DNA of 63,591 bases, filler included, from Octopus bimaculoides (lineage: Eukaryota): assembly GCF_001194135.2 (NCBI RefSeq). It is 8 parts of 6 records of this genome, joined end to end, with 100 filler letters (N's around TTAATTAATTAA, not from the genome) between each part and the next. Parts side by side here need not be neighbours in the genome. Positions count along the whole stretch, not along the records: positions 1 to 17,300 come from NC_068992.1; 7 more parts are not named here. One strand, given 5' to 3'. Below are positions 1 to 13,822 of this stretch, one piece after another. Made by a program: the position numbers and the translations under genes. How positions within the stretch are numbered: position 1 is the stretch's first letter; the number at the start of each line of letters is the position of its first letter. The notes below the pieces were generated by a model. It was given only the letters and a program-made list of their open reading frames with translations. It had not been told where the DNA came from and ran no database searches.

Positions 1-44
<44 letters not shown>

Positions 45-1081
45 GTGTGTGTAAGTGCGTGTATGTGTGTATGCGTATCTGTGCGTGCGTGTATGTATAT
101 ACATTCTTTACAGGTATAGGTTTTCATGAGGAAATCTTTTGTGAGAATAGTTAGTTAACTGATTTACAGATCTATGCAACTATTAATAATTTTATTGTTT
201 AAAGATTTCAAACAATATTATATTGAATAGAAAATTGTTCTATTGATTAAAGTTACTCCGTGGCAATTTGACCACAAAATTTAGATACAGAAGAAGAATA
301 GAGGAATAGAGTAGCGTTTCGTTCAATATTCCTGAGAACTCGCTTTACATTAGTTTCATGTCTATTTTGTTGTGTAATATATTTCAGTAACAGTTATTTA
401 TATTAAAAAGAAACAACACACACTCACACGCTACCATCCGATAGAAGAATGTGTTTCAATAAATATCAGAAACTACCAAGGTATGATGTATTTATTTGAC
501 GTCAAATACAACATTGGAATATTGATTTCCGTATTTCACTACCTCGGCTACAATTAATAAGAATTTTTACGAGATTAATGTTATAGATATTCTTTTTATC
601 AGCATTAGATTTATCGTTCTAAAATTTTATGAATGCAACAATACCATATGCAACGGTATTCTTCCGAATGTATATTTTACATATTTTTTATTAGAGAGAA
701 CACCAATCTTTACGTAAAGAAAAATATTTTGTGATGATAATTTATCAAATTTATTACTGCAAACCATCGATAAAAATGTAAATAGACAGACGGAAAAAAA
801 GTACAAATAACTGAAATTTAAGGGATTATTTTCGATTTTGCACTTATTGAACATAAAATTGTTATCGCTCTTTTAGTATAAAACCTTTACCCCCCATAGA
901 GATTGCATTTCCTTACAGAGAGAATCACCATATCTATAGGGAATATATCCTTTCTCATTTTCATTCAATAATGCAAAAAATGTAAAATACGTTATAGACC
1001 TTCAAATATAAACGAAGCACGAAATGTGTACATACGTACATAGCATATATTCAAGCACAAACACACGCGCGCGCACACACA

Positions 1082-1128
<47 letters not shown>

Positions 1129-1692
1129 ATACACACATACACAGATCCACATATATATAGATAGAGAGATATAGATGGATATATGGATATATGTATGATA
1201 ATATATATATAAATATAAAATATATATTATATATATATATATATATAATGCACACACACACACATACACAGCAAAATCTATTTAAGTTTTATGGTTTTTC
1301 TAACTGGCTGCTTAGGTCCCAGTTTGCTTAAATCTTCGCGGCCGATGATAGCATTCAAACCTTAAGATTTTCGGCGCCAGTTTGGTTGGAATTTATGAGA
1401 AATTATATAAAAATCTCCTACGTCGGCGATTTTAGGTCATATAGACGTGCCTTTGTGCTTGAGTATCGTTTTACGCGATAAATTAAAGAACATTATTTCT
1501 TCAGATTATCGTTGTTTGTAGGGTGCGGTAATCGTAAGAAGCGACAATTAAAAAACACAAGGGCACACAAAGTTTGATTTTGTTAGGTCATAGATAAGTT
1601 TGGGTGATAAACAAAGCTGCTAGTGTATTGGAATAAGTAATTTGTCAGCTGGAAGTTAGACGTTTAAATGACACGTTGCATGTCTCAATCTA

Positions 1693-1900
1693 TTCTACTT
1701 TTGGTACAAAGTCCGAATTTTTGGAGGAGGGAGCCAGTCGATTTGATCGACCCCAGTAGGCAACTGGTACTTAATTTATCGACCCCAAAAAGATGAAAGG
1801 CAAAGTGGACCTCGTGGAATTTAAACAAAGAACGTAATGATAGACGAAATACCGCTATGCATTTCGCTCGGCGCGCTAACGTTTCTGCCAGCTCTTCGCT
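1693..1900 (-). mobile_element. tRNA-derived SINE, family A
   Basis: Aligns by eye with copies at 59859-60078 and 63170-63385. The minus strand gives a tRNA-like head (gagctggcagaaacgttagcgcg...) followed by the core ctttgcctttcatc...ggggtcgataaattaagtaccag. Confidence 0.8.
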
Positions 1901-1977
1901 TTGGTTTAATAACTTAATGCTCCAGTGCATAAAATAACATACAGGCATCAATACACACATTTAAATATACATATAGA

Positions 1978-2150
1978 TAGCAGCCATGATGGGGCACAGA
2001 CTTGAATTTTTTGTCGAAAAATTTGACCCTGGTATTTATTTTATCGGTCCTTTTCCCGAAATGCTAAATTACTGTGACGCAAGCACACCAGCATGGTTGA
2101 CGAGCGGTGATGGCGGGACGAACAGAGACTAAAAGACGCACAGGTATTTG
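1978..2150 (-). mobile_element. SINE 3' portion, family B, diverged
   Basis: Reverse-complement similarity to 5120-5326 (cagccatg...gtcga...gacc...ccgaa..gctaa.ttac..gacg.aa.cacaccagcat.ggttg). Confidence 0.6.
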
Positions 2151-2772
2151 ACGCAACGAATGTGAGAGGGAATCTATGTGCTTGCGTGATTGTGTGAGTT
2201 TGTGTGTGTGTGTGTGGGTGGGTGTGTGTTTGTGTATAATTTGATTAACTTGACCGTGCGTTTTGCATTTTAGTTTTAATTTGAGCAATGTTTGATGTCT
2301 GGAGTATGTAAGTTCGTTTTGCAACTTACTGTGGTTGATAAAAGAAAGTAATCATCCATTTTTAGTGGAGACAACCGATTATCATTCTCCAGCATTATTT
2401 TACCGAAGTTAGTAATGACAATTAGAACTGGTTTTGCAATAATTTTAGAAGGAAGGTCTCCAAAACTGACACCAAGCTCTGACACAAAACTAAAATGCTA
2501 TATATAATGCATTTCACGGAAATGAAGGAAATGTAAGAGAAATGTTATAAGCGTTGTAAAAGGAAAAATCAATTTGTTATATGTGCAAATTTGTAGATGA
2601 TTAATTCTCCGAAAGAGGAAACAAGTGTAAAGTGTAGCATATGCCCTCGCGCATTTTGCTGATGTTGTTAAAAGATTCTGATAGCGATGCGGAGCGTGTT
2701 ACTGGGATGCGAGTTGCCGAGAGTATTTTGGACACGCATTTCGTTTTGATATTTAACGACATCGTTGTCGGT

Positions 2773-2783
2773 GTCATCATCAT

Positions 2784-2845
<62 letters not shown>

Positions 2846-2880
2846 ACAACAACAATAGCAACAACAGCAACATCAATAAC
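2773..2880. repeat. (ATC)n/(AAC)n microsatellite
   Basis: Direct trinucleotide repeats; they account for the poly-Ile and poly-Met pseudo-ORFs. Confidence 0.95.
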
Positions 2881-5119
2881 AAGCAGAAATTGCTTGCAGA
2901 TTATGGCGCGTCATATTGTACATTTCAGTGACGAAAGCGAACTCAGCTAGCTATTCTGGTTAGTTTCGTGTTATATTCAAAATTAAAATTTTTGCAGCAA
3001 ATATTGCAGACGTTCCTTTATAAACATCAAGAGTTAAACAATATTATTAATAATGAATTCAGTTTGAGATTTCATTATTTCCTTATGTTTATCCATATAT
3101 GAAGTTTGCTTTTCATACAACAGTGTCAATTTCTCATTTGATAAACTTTCTATATGGGACTGTAGCAATTTAAGCACATCATTCTGTACGACATCTTCGG
3201 ATCGTATTTGGAAATGCCAAAATACCTTTCCGAACATGATGTCGACTTTGTCTTCGTGGACATATTGGGGCCATTCAAAATGTTATTCATATGTGATGGT
3301 TTTCAAAGCTCAGCTATATGCTCTAAAAGGGCAAATATATATCTTGCATCAGGTGTCTTTAAATGTAGGTCTATCTTTCTCTCAATTATTTGCATAAATT
3401 GCTTGGAAGTACGAAGATAATATGCCATGAAATTATCTCTCACATCTTGGTCCATGGACTGGGGAATAGTAATATTAATTTTGGGGAATATATTCTGCTC
3501 ACACGTTATCAGAAAATTTATTGAATCCAACTAGTAGCTTGGGGACTAATCCAATAATAGCGATCATATGTTGGAAATATGATGACGGACACTATCTTTT
3601 CATAGGAAGATAAAACGCTAAATAAGAGGTCAGTTTAACATTGCATAACATTTGTAAGTGATATAGGTTTAAGGGCATGAATTTCATATCACAAGTGCTA
3701 TATCCTATCGGGAGAGTTTTCCGACGATATTTAGAAGAACTGAAATCGTTTTGCTGATTTATTCTTCTCGAGAAATGAAAGCTCTAGTAGGCATGAGTTT
3801 GAAAAAAAAAATGCTGTTTTTGCAACATTTTATACATGCTCTGCTATGTAGCCAGTCCAGCAATGTTTTCGTTTTCAACTGCTGAAGAGAGATTGTAGTT
3901 GTACAATTATATGTTTTAGAAATTGAAGCAGTCCATAGAACTTTCAAACCTGCTTTTACTAGCTAGAAAGCGTTTTTCATAGACGTATCCCTCTACCTGA
4001 AAATCGTCATACAAATGTTTGCTTTTCATTAATTACCATTGTGCTTCTTTATGCAATACGTCGATTTTAATCTGTGATCCAAACACAAGAACCGTCACAC
4101 TAAATCTATGAAAGAATAAAATGCTCCATACTATTCACGTATTTACTCTTAGAGCACTGGATTTATTTTTATTGTCACAAGTTTTTCCCAACAGAAGTTT
4201 TAGGCTTTAACGTTTTGACAATGTGACTGAATTTTTTTTCTCCTGCATCAAAACTTTGTAAAACATGAAGTTTAATATCCAGTACATTACTGGATATAAC
4301 AACGCAACTACAGTTCCTTTCCACTTAAATGTTTCTTCGTACACATACTAGATTGTTGATAAAGTGAGCAGGAGAGATCAGCAATAAAAAGAAAACACCA
4401 TTAGAGAAAATTTTATAGAGAGAATAAGTAGTTGTCATATTCCTGTTGACGTAAAAATGGGAATGAGTAGATGAAAAATGAAGGACTTAGCTGGGAGGAA
4501 TATCGTGTGGTGAGAATTAGTTGAATGGTTATTAGGTACATAAGCACTACACCCTTTTAACTATGACTTCAAAATTTTTTCAGTCAAATCTCACCGATGT
4601 ATATCAGAGTTATGTTCTCAGAGATTATATGTAGCTGTAGACACAACTACGACGCTAACGTTATAGTTGCTACCTACATTTATTTAAAGACCTAATTTGT
4701 AAGTAATGGTAGTGGCGGTGTTAATTCCATCGGTTTTCATGTTGGAGATTGTGGTGCGAGGGATTTTTCGCGATTTCTTGTTGGTAGCAGTGTTCATGTT
4801 CAACTAATGATATGCATTGTTATTGGTGCTTAATTTTAAGTTGATTCCCATTAACATCGAACGCATCCTACTCACAATTAGAGAATACATTAGAGAACTA
4901 CATTACCCCACATTACCTCATATGTTATATTTTTCAAATTTTAGATGGAGTTGCTCGTTTTCTTGGTAGCATTATAGTGTCATACTTAGCTGTTAACATG
5001 TGTTGTGAATGACTGTAGTTGATGTGGCTTTTGTGTGGATGCTGTTTGTATTGGTGGTGGTCATACATGATGACTGTGGTGGTAGTGAAGGACGATTTAT
5101 ATTAATATGTGCATATGCT

Positions 5120-5326
5120 TGTGTGTCTGTGTTTATCCCCCCACAAAATCACTTGACAACCGATGCTGGTGTGTTTACGTCCTCGTCACTTAGCGGTTCG
5201 GCAAGAGAGACCAATAGGATAAGTACTAGGCTTACAAAGAATAAGTCCTGGGGTCGATTTGCTCCACTAAAGGCGGAACTCCAGCATGACCGCAGTCAAA
5301 TGACTGAAACAAATAAAAGAATAACA
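5120..5326 (+). mobile_element. SINE family B, body and 3' tail
   Basis: ggataagtactaggcttacaaagaataagtcctggggtcgatttg...ggcggaactccagcatgaccgcagtcaaatgactgaaacaaataaaagaataa, followed by (TA)n/(GA)n. Confidence 0.75.
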
Positions 5327-5379
<53 letters not shown>

Positions 5380-7189
5380 TAAGGGAGGAGGGAGAGATAG
5401 ATAGATATTCACTGGGACTGAATAAAATATACCGAAACGCAAATATTCACAATGAAAAATTTATAGTGACTCATACACAAACACTTGTTCACTAACAGAC
5501 ACGCTAGCAAGCGTGGGCTCATGCGCGCGCGTACACACACACGTATAAACACAAGCATCCTGATTACATATTTTCACTATGTTAAGTGATTTCATCTATG
5601 TCAAAGCACCAAAATCGGCCTTTTCGTGAAGACAAAAGTGTAGATTTTAAATTCTTAGATTAATTGGAGCTCCCGTTAGATCGATATTACAAACGCTAGT
5701 TTGAAATTCGTGATTCTCCGATCTGTAAACGCAAAACGTTATTACTTGAAGTAGCGGGTATTAGGAGTATGAATATATAATATATTTGCACATGTGTTTG
5801 TTTGTGTCAGTGCTTGTCTGTGTGTGTGTTTGTGTGTGGCTGTGTCTTTCATTCTGTGTGCTAGTTTGTGCATTACTGCTATTTACGTTTTGCACTACAA
5901 CGTTCATTTAAAAATGTTTTCTCGTAAATGTACAAGAATGTATATTGTTTCCACGTAAACTAATGGATAATCCAGCAATATGTTGTTAGATGAAAACGTG
6001 TAAGTGCCTCTGACGAAAATATTAACCACTCTCACGAAACAAACATGAACGTCTCTGGGGAAAGCTCAGCAATGAAATTTTATTTTCGAGACAAAACGAG
6101 ACAATTATTGCGCAGTTATGAACAACGATATTTAGGTACATAAAATTGACATTTGTTGTACCAAGATGAAAGAAACCTTATAAGTTAGTGAAATGAGGAG
6201 ATACATGATGAAATGTTACCGTTCCTAATAGATATTATGAAACCAATTTCTATTCATATAATATGCAGAACCTAATATCTTTTTGCAAAACAATAAAAAT
6301 GTTGATATCGACATATTGTTTACACTAATGTATCAGTGAAAGACATATATACGGCTATATTCGGACATTATTATAAATTAACATCACTGAAATTTATACA
6401 CATATCAGCATCAGAATCCTAGAGGCTGGGCAAGTTTAAACAATTTAATGGCAATCTCTAATAACCAAACCGGAAATGATTTGTCAGTCTTTATATCATA
6501 ATACATTATATATATTCAAGTAATTTCTGCCTCAAACAAACTAAAATACAGCACTATCTAAATTAACATTGGCAATAGCGATGATCACTGACGTTATATC
6601 TTCTTTACGTCTTGGTTTGAAAGCTGTGTCTGCCGAAAGAGAATACAAATCTATGAAGTCTGCAGGCGGTTTAAATACGCAGGTCTCCGATATCAAAATG
6701 GCTAAATGGTGTCAGCAGAAAGGAATCATGATCTGGATGGAGTCTGCTTAGAGTTTAAGAAGGTAAAACATTTACCCGACGATGAGGAATGTTCTATGAA
6801 GACCCTTTTACAGTTCCGGTCTTTGAGAGTTTTTGTACCACCAGCTCTATCCAAGTTAACAATTATTATTCTAAGTGATATATTCTTGTCCGCTTAATTA
6901 TACATTACCTCTGTTATCTAACACAAATATATATATATATATCTCCAAAAGTGAATAAGTCTCGACCTGAGATAGATGGCGCTTCTTGAATTATTTTTAT
7001 TGGACACATTGTGGGGCAATGAAACAAATCAATTAACACAGTGAAATTACCACGACAGTGAAGAGCAGGAAATGTGTAATTAAAATAGTCACCGCTTATT
7101 AACTAAATTTGATGAAAGCAAAAATATCAGAAACAATCCACCAAGGTATAGCTCGCTAAGTAGAAAATCTATTTGTATGTTAAGACGTT

Positions 7190-7300
7190 GCAGGCGTGGC
7201 TGTGTGTGGTGAGAAGCTTGCTTCTCGACCTCATGGTTTCGGGTTCAATTCCACTGTGTGAAACGTTGGGTAAATGTCTTATTCTATAGCATCGGTCCCA
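7190..7300 (+). mobile_element. tRNA-derived SINE head, third family
   Basis: A-box-like gtggctgtgtgtgg and B-box-like ggttcaattcc, followed by a ttgggtaaatgtctt..ctatagc core. Confidence 0.65.
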
Positions 7301-7356
7301 CCGAAACGCCTCCTGAATGGGTTTGAGAGGCGGAAAGAGAAATTAACCCATCACGT

Positions 7357-7441
7357 ATGTATATATATCTATATATATATACGTGTGTGTATGTGTGTGT
7401 ATTTATGTGTATGTATATATATATACATACATATACATATA

Positions 7442-7513
<72 letters not shown>

Positions 7514-7575
7514 CACACACACACACACACATACACACACACACATATATATATGTGTGTGTGCATATGTGTGTA
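7357..7575. repeat. compound (TA)n/(CA)n/(TG)n microsatellite
   Basis: Direct inspection. Many similar tracts occur, e.g. 1-115, 1070-1265, 16720-16825, 25850-26440, 35850-36010. Confidence 0.95.
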
Positions 7576-7619
7576 CACGCTCTCGCGCTGGTAAGATGGA
7601 TGATGTTTTGCTCATCAAA

Positions 7620-8560
7620 TTTGTAGTTGCTGGGTGATTATGTACGCTCATATCCCAGAAATTGTTATCCCGCTGATGACCACCGCATATATATCTAATG
7701 GTCAGAGCTGGATCATACAGGCGCCCTAGTTTCCAAGGTCATCCAGGTTCACCATTATTCATTCTTCCAATTCAAGCTAACTCTTTTAAAGATTAGTTAC
7801 CTTATTACTAAGGAACGAGACTTATTTCTTCCAATGGAAAGTTGTGACTGTTTCTACATGAAATGACTTATTCCTAATGAGACTATTTCTATCCCTTGCC
7901 TCAACATTTGGGCGAGGTATCAATGTCCTCTTAATATACTTCTTAATCGGGTGCTGAGTCAAAACCAAATCAGCTTTAATTTGATGCAATCATTTTCCAG
8001 TGAGAATACCGGATTTATATGATAACGTACAATGACATTTTTCATTTCTTTCTAGTAATATTTTAAACTGCATTGACTTTTGTTTTTCTCTCAAAATCAT
8101 AAATGCTTCGTGGATTTCTTTCTCTCAAAACTTTTAGCATCTCATTCTTCAGCGCATAGTCTCAGCCCATTCATTGAGCAATGAATGTATTAAATTATCC
8201 TCGCAGTACAATATATGTTTGGTCTCACAGTGTATTGTAAAAGTTATGGACTTATACTTGTACCAGTTGCATATTTGATGTATCAAGTCAACTTGTCGTA
8301 ATTCACATTTATGGAACATAACAATACACACGGTTACATGAAGCCAATTAACTGGTAATGTAGAGCCTTGTGTAATAGATTTATTCCCTTGATTATATCT
8401 GAGAACTGCTAGAAGGGTGATTTCAAAGCCCGTAGTGACTTTATGAAATTTATTTATATGAATTATTGCCATTGCTGTGAAGAGATTAAATTTCATACAA
8501 ATTTGTGCATACAATTGCATTATTTCTTAAGAAATTCTCTATGATGTTTAAAGAACACTA
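7620..8560 (-). mobile_element. possible heavily decayed Mutator (MULE) transposase remnant
   Basis: Minus-strand peptide KVTTGFEITLLAVLR resembles the MULE I(T/M)DFE-A motif, and an HNHPA peptide near 7630 resembles a FLYWCH zinc-finger end. Many stops and frameshifts; no TIRs found. Confidence 0.35.
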
Positions 8561-11333
8561 CGCTGATGAATGATATCTATTAACCCCTATTGATAATTAT
8601 ATGTGAACTTTCTCCGAATTACATTTAATCCCAAGGGTATCTGATACAACGACACAGTTAATCAAGCTAATGCAAAATGCAGTGGAAATATATTTCGTGA
8701 ATAAACGAATGCAGCTTCTACAACATTACTCACCATTCAAGACAGTTATTCAAGCCGTACTCTATGCTAAATTACTGCATGTTGTTCTATTAATAAGGTA
8801 CATAGATATGTACTGCTGCAATATATCCTACGAAAATTGCGTTATTTACGTTCAAGAAACACTGGAGGCAATATTTATTTCCCTCCAGTAATATGGTATG
8901 TTTTCAGAGCAGCAACGCTATAAATTAATTGAAATTTTGTGATTTTTACATTACTCTACATTTAAAAAAAGTGCTTTGTGATATCTATTCAGTTGAGGAA
9001 TACAGTAGGGAATCATTTGAAATGGAACAACTTGATAATCACTGATAATCACTGACTAGTTAAACATTCGATTGCTTCTCTCAGGAATTTGTTCCATCAA
9101 ACAATATCTAGCAACCTGATCATTATAGTCTTCATGAATGTCGTTAACTTAAAAATAAAAAAATTCTGACAGGAAACAGAAATGTTTTGCTGAATATATT
9201 ACCGTTTCAGATTGTCGTTAATTCAAACCTTTCTTCTTCTACGCAGTTAATTAGTATTATTCCATTACCACCTAGCAACTAGAAGACAAATCTATTTAAC
9301 ATCACATTCCAGGATCTTAGTTCAGTAAGAATACAAAATAACACTTTCTCCTATATGTACAAGGCGGGAAATAATTCTACGAACTTTAAGCAATTTCATC
9401 GATTTCTACACTATTTCCACGAAATATATTTGGGTAAACGACGCCGTGTAGAGAGTATGTTCTACCTGTATATAAATCCTAGAGGAACTCATTGCATAAA
9501 GGAAAATCCAATATTTTGTTCCTGAAAATATCAACAGGCTTTGGAAATGGAAATGTAAAATGAATTTAGATGCTCTAGACGTAAACTTGCCTGTTTATAA
9601 CTTTCGGGTCCGATTATTAATAACAGAATGCCTTGTGATTTAGGGGAAAATATGTCACACATATACCCAGATAATTCAAATTCTCAATATTGTATAAACC
9701 TTCAATAGATATGAAAATATGTAGAGTAATAGAAATCGGGTTCTTCAGCAGATGTGATCCTAAAATTAAAATTAGAAGAAAGCACCTATCTAGCTGCATT
9801 GTGATATCTACAGTTATAAAACTGGCCTAGTCATTAATGAAAATTGAAAAAAACCTGTAGTAATCTCCTTATCGCCAAATTTGAGGAGGTAGTTTTCCCC
9901 AAAAGTGATAGGACACTATTAAGAATTGCGATAACTAATGCTAATTAAAAATGTTTTAAAATCGATTGATTATTCCACAATTTAGCCTATAGTACCCACA
10001 TCTACCGATGTATATTCAAATAATGGAAATGATTGTATGCATATGTAGACTTAAATACGTCAAAATGTTCAAGTCAAATATCAACTAACACGACATTTGC
10101 CAAAAACACACGCATGTGCGTTGAAACATACGGATCTGCACTCATATATACTACATACGTGGTCTATTCAACATACGATGTCTAAATTCCATAATAGATA
10201 AATAAATAAATAGATAAAAGCAGTTTCTTGTTGGAATCTGTCTCTTTCTCTGCCTGTGTGAAACATCAAAATATGGCCACCTCATGCATAGATGCATACG
10301 TACACGTATATGTACATAGAAACATGTGTAAATTAATGCATACATGTATTCATTCATACATAAGTGCAAGTAATATGACCCTGCAGGATTATGTATATGG
10401 TAAATTGTTTAAATTAGATATGTGCGTAATAGTATAAGAATCGAGTATTTTGGCATTAAAAAAAGCTCTTTCTTCGAGATGATATCGTAAAACTTGTAGC
10501 AACATCCGGTACACTGTACTAAAATGATAAATCAGATAATACGATCAGTAAAAGCTATCACCATAGGGTCACCGTGACCTGCACGTTTCTTATTACGCAC
10601 AGTGTGAATAGAAATTGGAAATCATATAGCTATGAAGTCACAACAGTTTCTACATATTTATATAGAGTTCTCGATACTTATAGTAAGATAAAATCAAGAT
10701 TTGGAATCTGGGTAAAATATCTGACGTATGTGTTTAATGTATCTTCTGTGTATTGCTTCACCTTTATATTCAATATCGTCATTAAAATTTCGAAGATATT
10801 CACATAATACACAAGCATTCGTTTTAACACGATATCTCTATAGATCATCACTACTGCATCGTTTATATTACGAAATGAATGTGAGAAATTATAAACCAAA
10901 TCAATATCGTTTTTTGTATGTATAGGAATAAAGTATACAGTATTCTCGAATGTGTATACATATGAATAATGTAAAAACAGCACATATGCACAATCACGCA
11001 AATATTCAAATATATATAACCCAAATACATATAAGTGTACGAGTGGGTATGTATACTTACATTATATATATATATATATATATATATATNNNNNNNNNNN
11101 NNNNNNNNNNNNNNNNNNNNNNNNNNNNNNNNNNNNNNNNNNNNNNNNNNNNNNNNNNNNNNNNNNNNNNNNNNNNNNNNNNNNNNNNNNNNNNNNNNNN
11201 NNNNNNNNNNNNNNNNNNNNNNNNNNNNNNNNNNNNNNNNNNNNNNNNNNNNNNNNNNNNNNNNNNNNNNNNNNNNNNNNNNNNNNNNNNNNNNNNNNNN
11301 NNNNNNNNNNNNNGGTGGAATTTTGAAATCTGA

Positions 11334-11403
11334 ACATAAAGACGCACGGTATGCCACCAAACATTTAGCCCCAAATGCTGACCATTGTACGAGCTCGCCA
11401 CCT
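11334..11403 (-). mobile_element. SINE family A head fragment abutting a gap
   Basis: ggtggaattttgaaatctgaacataaagacg...tgccaccaaacatttagccc...gagctcgccacc matches the 5' end of family A. Confidence 0.6.
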
Positions 11404-12230
11404 TGACTTGGCCAAAGATATTTATCGGGTCGTCTTAATGTTTGTGGAGAGACCTTTAGTGATTATGTATTTCTATAATGCGTTGCGCCTACGTAACCAC
11501 ACCACAAACATGCTACTTAATTTCATAATGCACCATGCAAGAAAGAAGGTATACGTATTTGGGTGTGTGTGTGTGTGTGCGTGTTTGTGCATTCATTCAT
11601 TCTTGAATAAAACGATCTTTAATTGATTTTCACTTCCGGATGGTTTATGGATTTTGAGATTACCTCCCCTTTCAAATGCATTTCAATTTGCAATTGCCAG
11701 AAGGGGTTTGTTTACCTTCACTGAAGGAGGAAATAATTTCAATCAAAGCTCTAATTTATCTTCCAAGACATAGTCTAAATTTAACCTCACAGCCCAAGTT
11801 CCTGCCAGTAACGGAAGCCGTTACTTGTCATAGGTCATTTTCTCTTAAATTTGCGAATCTTTGTACATTTGCGTGCTTGTGTGTGAGCTTGAGTCTGAAT
11901 GATTGTGTGTGAGAGATTTTGCTAAATATGAATAAGAATGCTTTATTTGTTTGATGGGAAAATCGACACGTTGCATTCAGTGTTGTTGGACAAAGGAATC
12001 GTGTTTCTACAATACTAAAATTTGTACTGAGAATATTTATAATTTGATGGCGGTAGAATTTATCTTGATTTGTTTTTTTCATTTACTTGTTGCTGTCACT
12101 GGATTGTGTTTATGCAGGAGCACCGTCGTTGCACGGAAATCATGCAAAACTGGTGTAAATAATGAGTATAATTGGTGATAAATTGAGTGATAAGTATGAG
12201 TTCAGAAGAGGCTACATTTGTAACATTGCT

Positions 12231-12273
<43 letters not shown>

Positions 12274-13822
12274 TCTGTGTGTGTGTGTTTGTGTGTGTGA
12301 GTTTCTGTGTGTCTGTCTGTATCTGTGTAGATAGATAGATAAATAGATACAGGTATATATCAGCAGGGGTGTAAAATGAAGTATGTAGAATTATGGAAGG
12401 GAGAAAAGGCGTTGAAGACATGTTAGAAATAACGATGTGCTTCTGGATCTCTAAATCTATTTAAGTACGAGCGCTTGCGCAGGTAAGATTGTTTAGAAAA
12501 TCCTGAATGATTGTTGGGAAAAATCGACCTTCTGTCCAATGAAGTACAGTTGATTACATTTACTTAATGCTAAATACGTGTCTGAATGATTAACGATAGT
12601 ATATTGGTTAGGTTTGGATATTAGTGCTTGGATATAAAATATAAGTTGTGTTTGAGGTGCGCGAGTGTGTCTCTATGTGTGTGCACGTATGTGTCTGATT
12701 GTAAAGAGTTAGAACAAATGGCACAAAGTATTTCGTTCTGATTCTATATTGTGTGAAGGTCTAATATGAAGAGTAACTGGACACCCTTTGTTCCGCTGAA
12801 TATTGGCAGTTAGTCTTCATCTTCATATTAAATATACTAGCAAGATCGACGTAATGTCAATATTATAATAGTTGGATCAGAATTACTGGGTTAAATGTTG
12901 TTCGAATGAATCTAGAAGTTTTTTTCTACCTTCTGCATCACTATTTGAAACTAAACTTTTCTATGAAAAAGAAGGACTTAATGTATTATTCTTGTTGAAA
13001 GAAAATAGCTTAAGGAATATTATTTAGCCTAAATCTAGACTGACTGAAATAATCACAAAATGGTAGTGAACCTGCAACGAAATACACATTTACCACTGAA
13101 TAAGAGATCGGACTTCAAATGAAATTCCGTATATTATAGGTATCCGAAACTAGGAAATTTTCTTTTTATCTAAACAGAGAAACACCTGTCCGTCTGAGCT
13201 TTGTATTTTCTGATATTGCAACACTGAAATAGTTAATCTTTGTTTACTATTAGAAGTATACTACCTGTTATGTTATTCTGCTACATATTTAGTATGAACG
13301 ACATGGAATTTCACTGATATTTTGGTCACGAATACCAACCATAGTCTCTCTAACAGAGGTTACTTGAATATTTAATTAATATTAAATAGTATGAGCATAG
13401 CATGAAAGCACATTTCAATCACATTTTTAAAACCTTACATAGGTACATATTGTAGGCACTAGATGAAAAAGTATTTTAAAAATCATTATAAATTAAATTT
13501 CGAGAAACTGAAAATGTCTAGATAATTAAATCTTTATAGATTTTATTGTAAATGCATATTCACTTAAATTACGATCGTTCAATTAGATAAAAGTTTCATC
13601 AATATATATTGTTAAATAGAAATAGATAGGTAAATAAATAAATCCATAAAATATATTATTCGTCCGCTATTCTCAATAAGCAGATTACGAGATTATGATT
13701 ACTGTCATAATTATATTGATGAGATTAAGAATCATGTTTCAATATATATTTGATATCATAACCTCGAAAGCTTCAGAGAATTGATACCTATATACATATA
13801 TATGAGAGGCATGGATTTCAGG

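Noticed and set aside
6450-6900. Coding-like stretch faintly resembling a P-element/THAP9 C-terminus
   Set aside because: Only a GGL tripeptide-level resemblance across frameshifts; no catalytic motif or TIR.
12887-12960. Possible 74-bp minus-strand exon (tttttcatag|AAAAG...CCCA|gtaatt)
   Set aside because: Plausible splice signals, but no recognisable peptide, and such sites are common in AT-rich DNA.
13542-13547. AATAAA on the minus strand about 275 nt after the TSSK stop
   Set aside because: Plausible poly(A) signal, but the hexamer is too frequent at this AT content to call.
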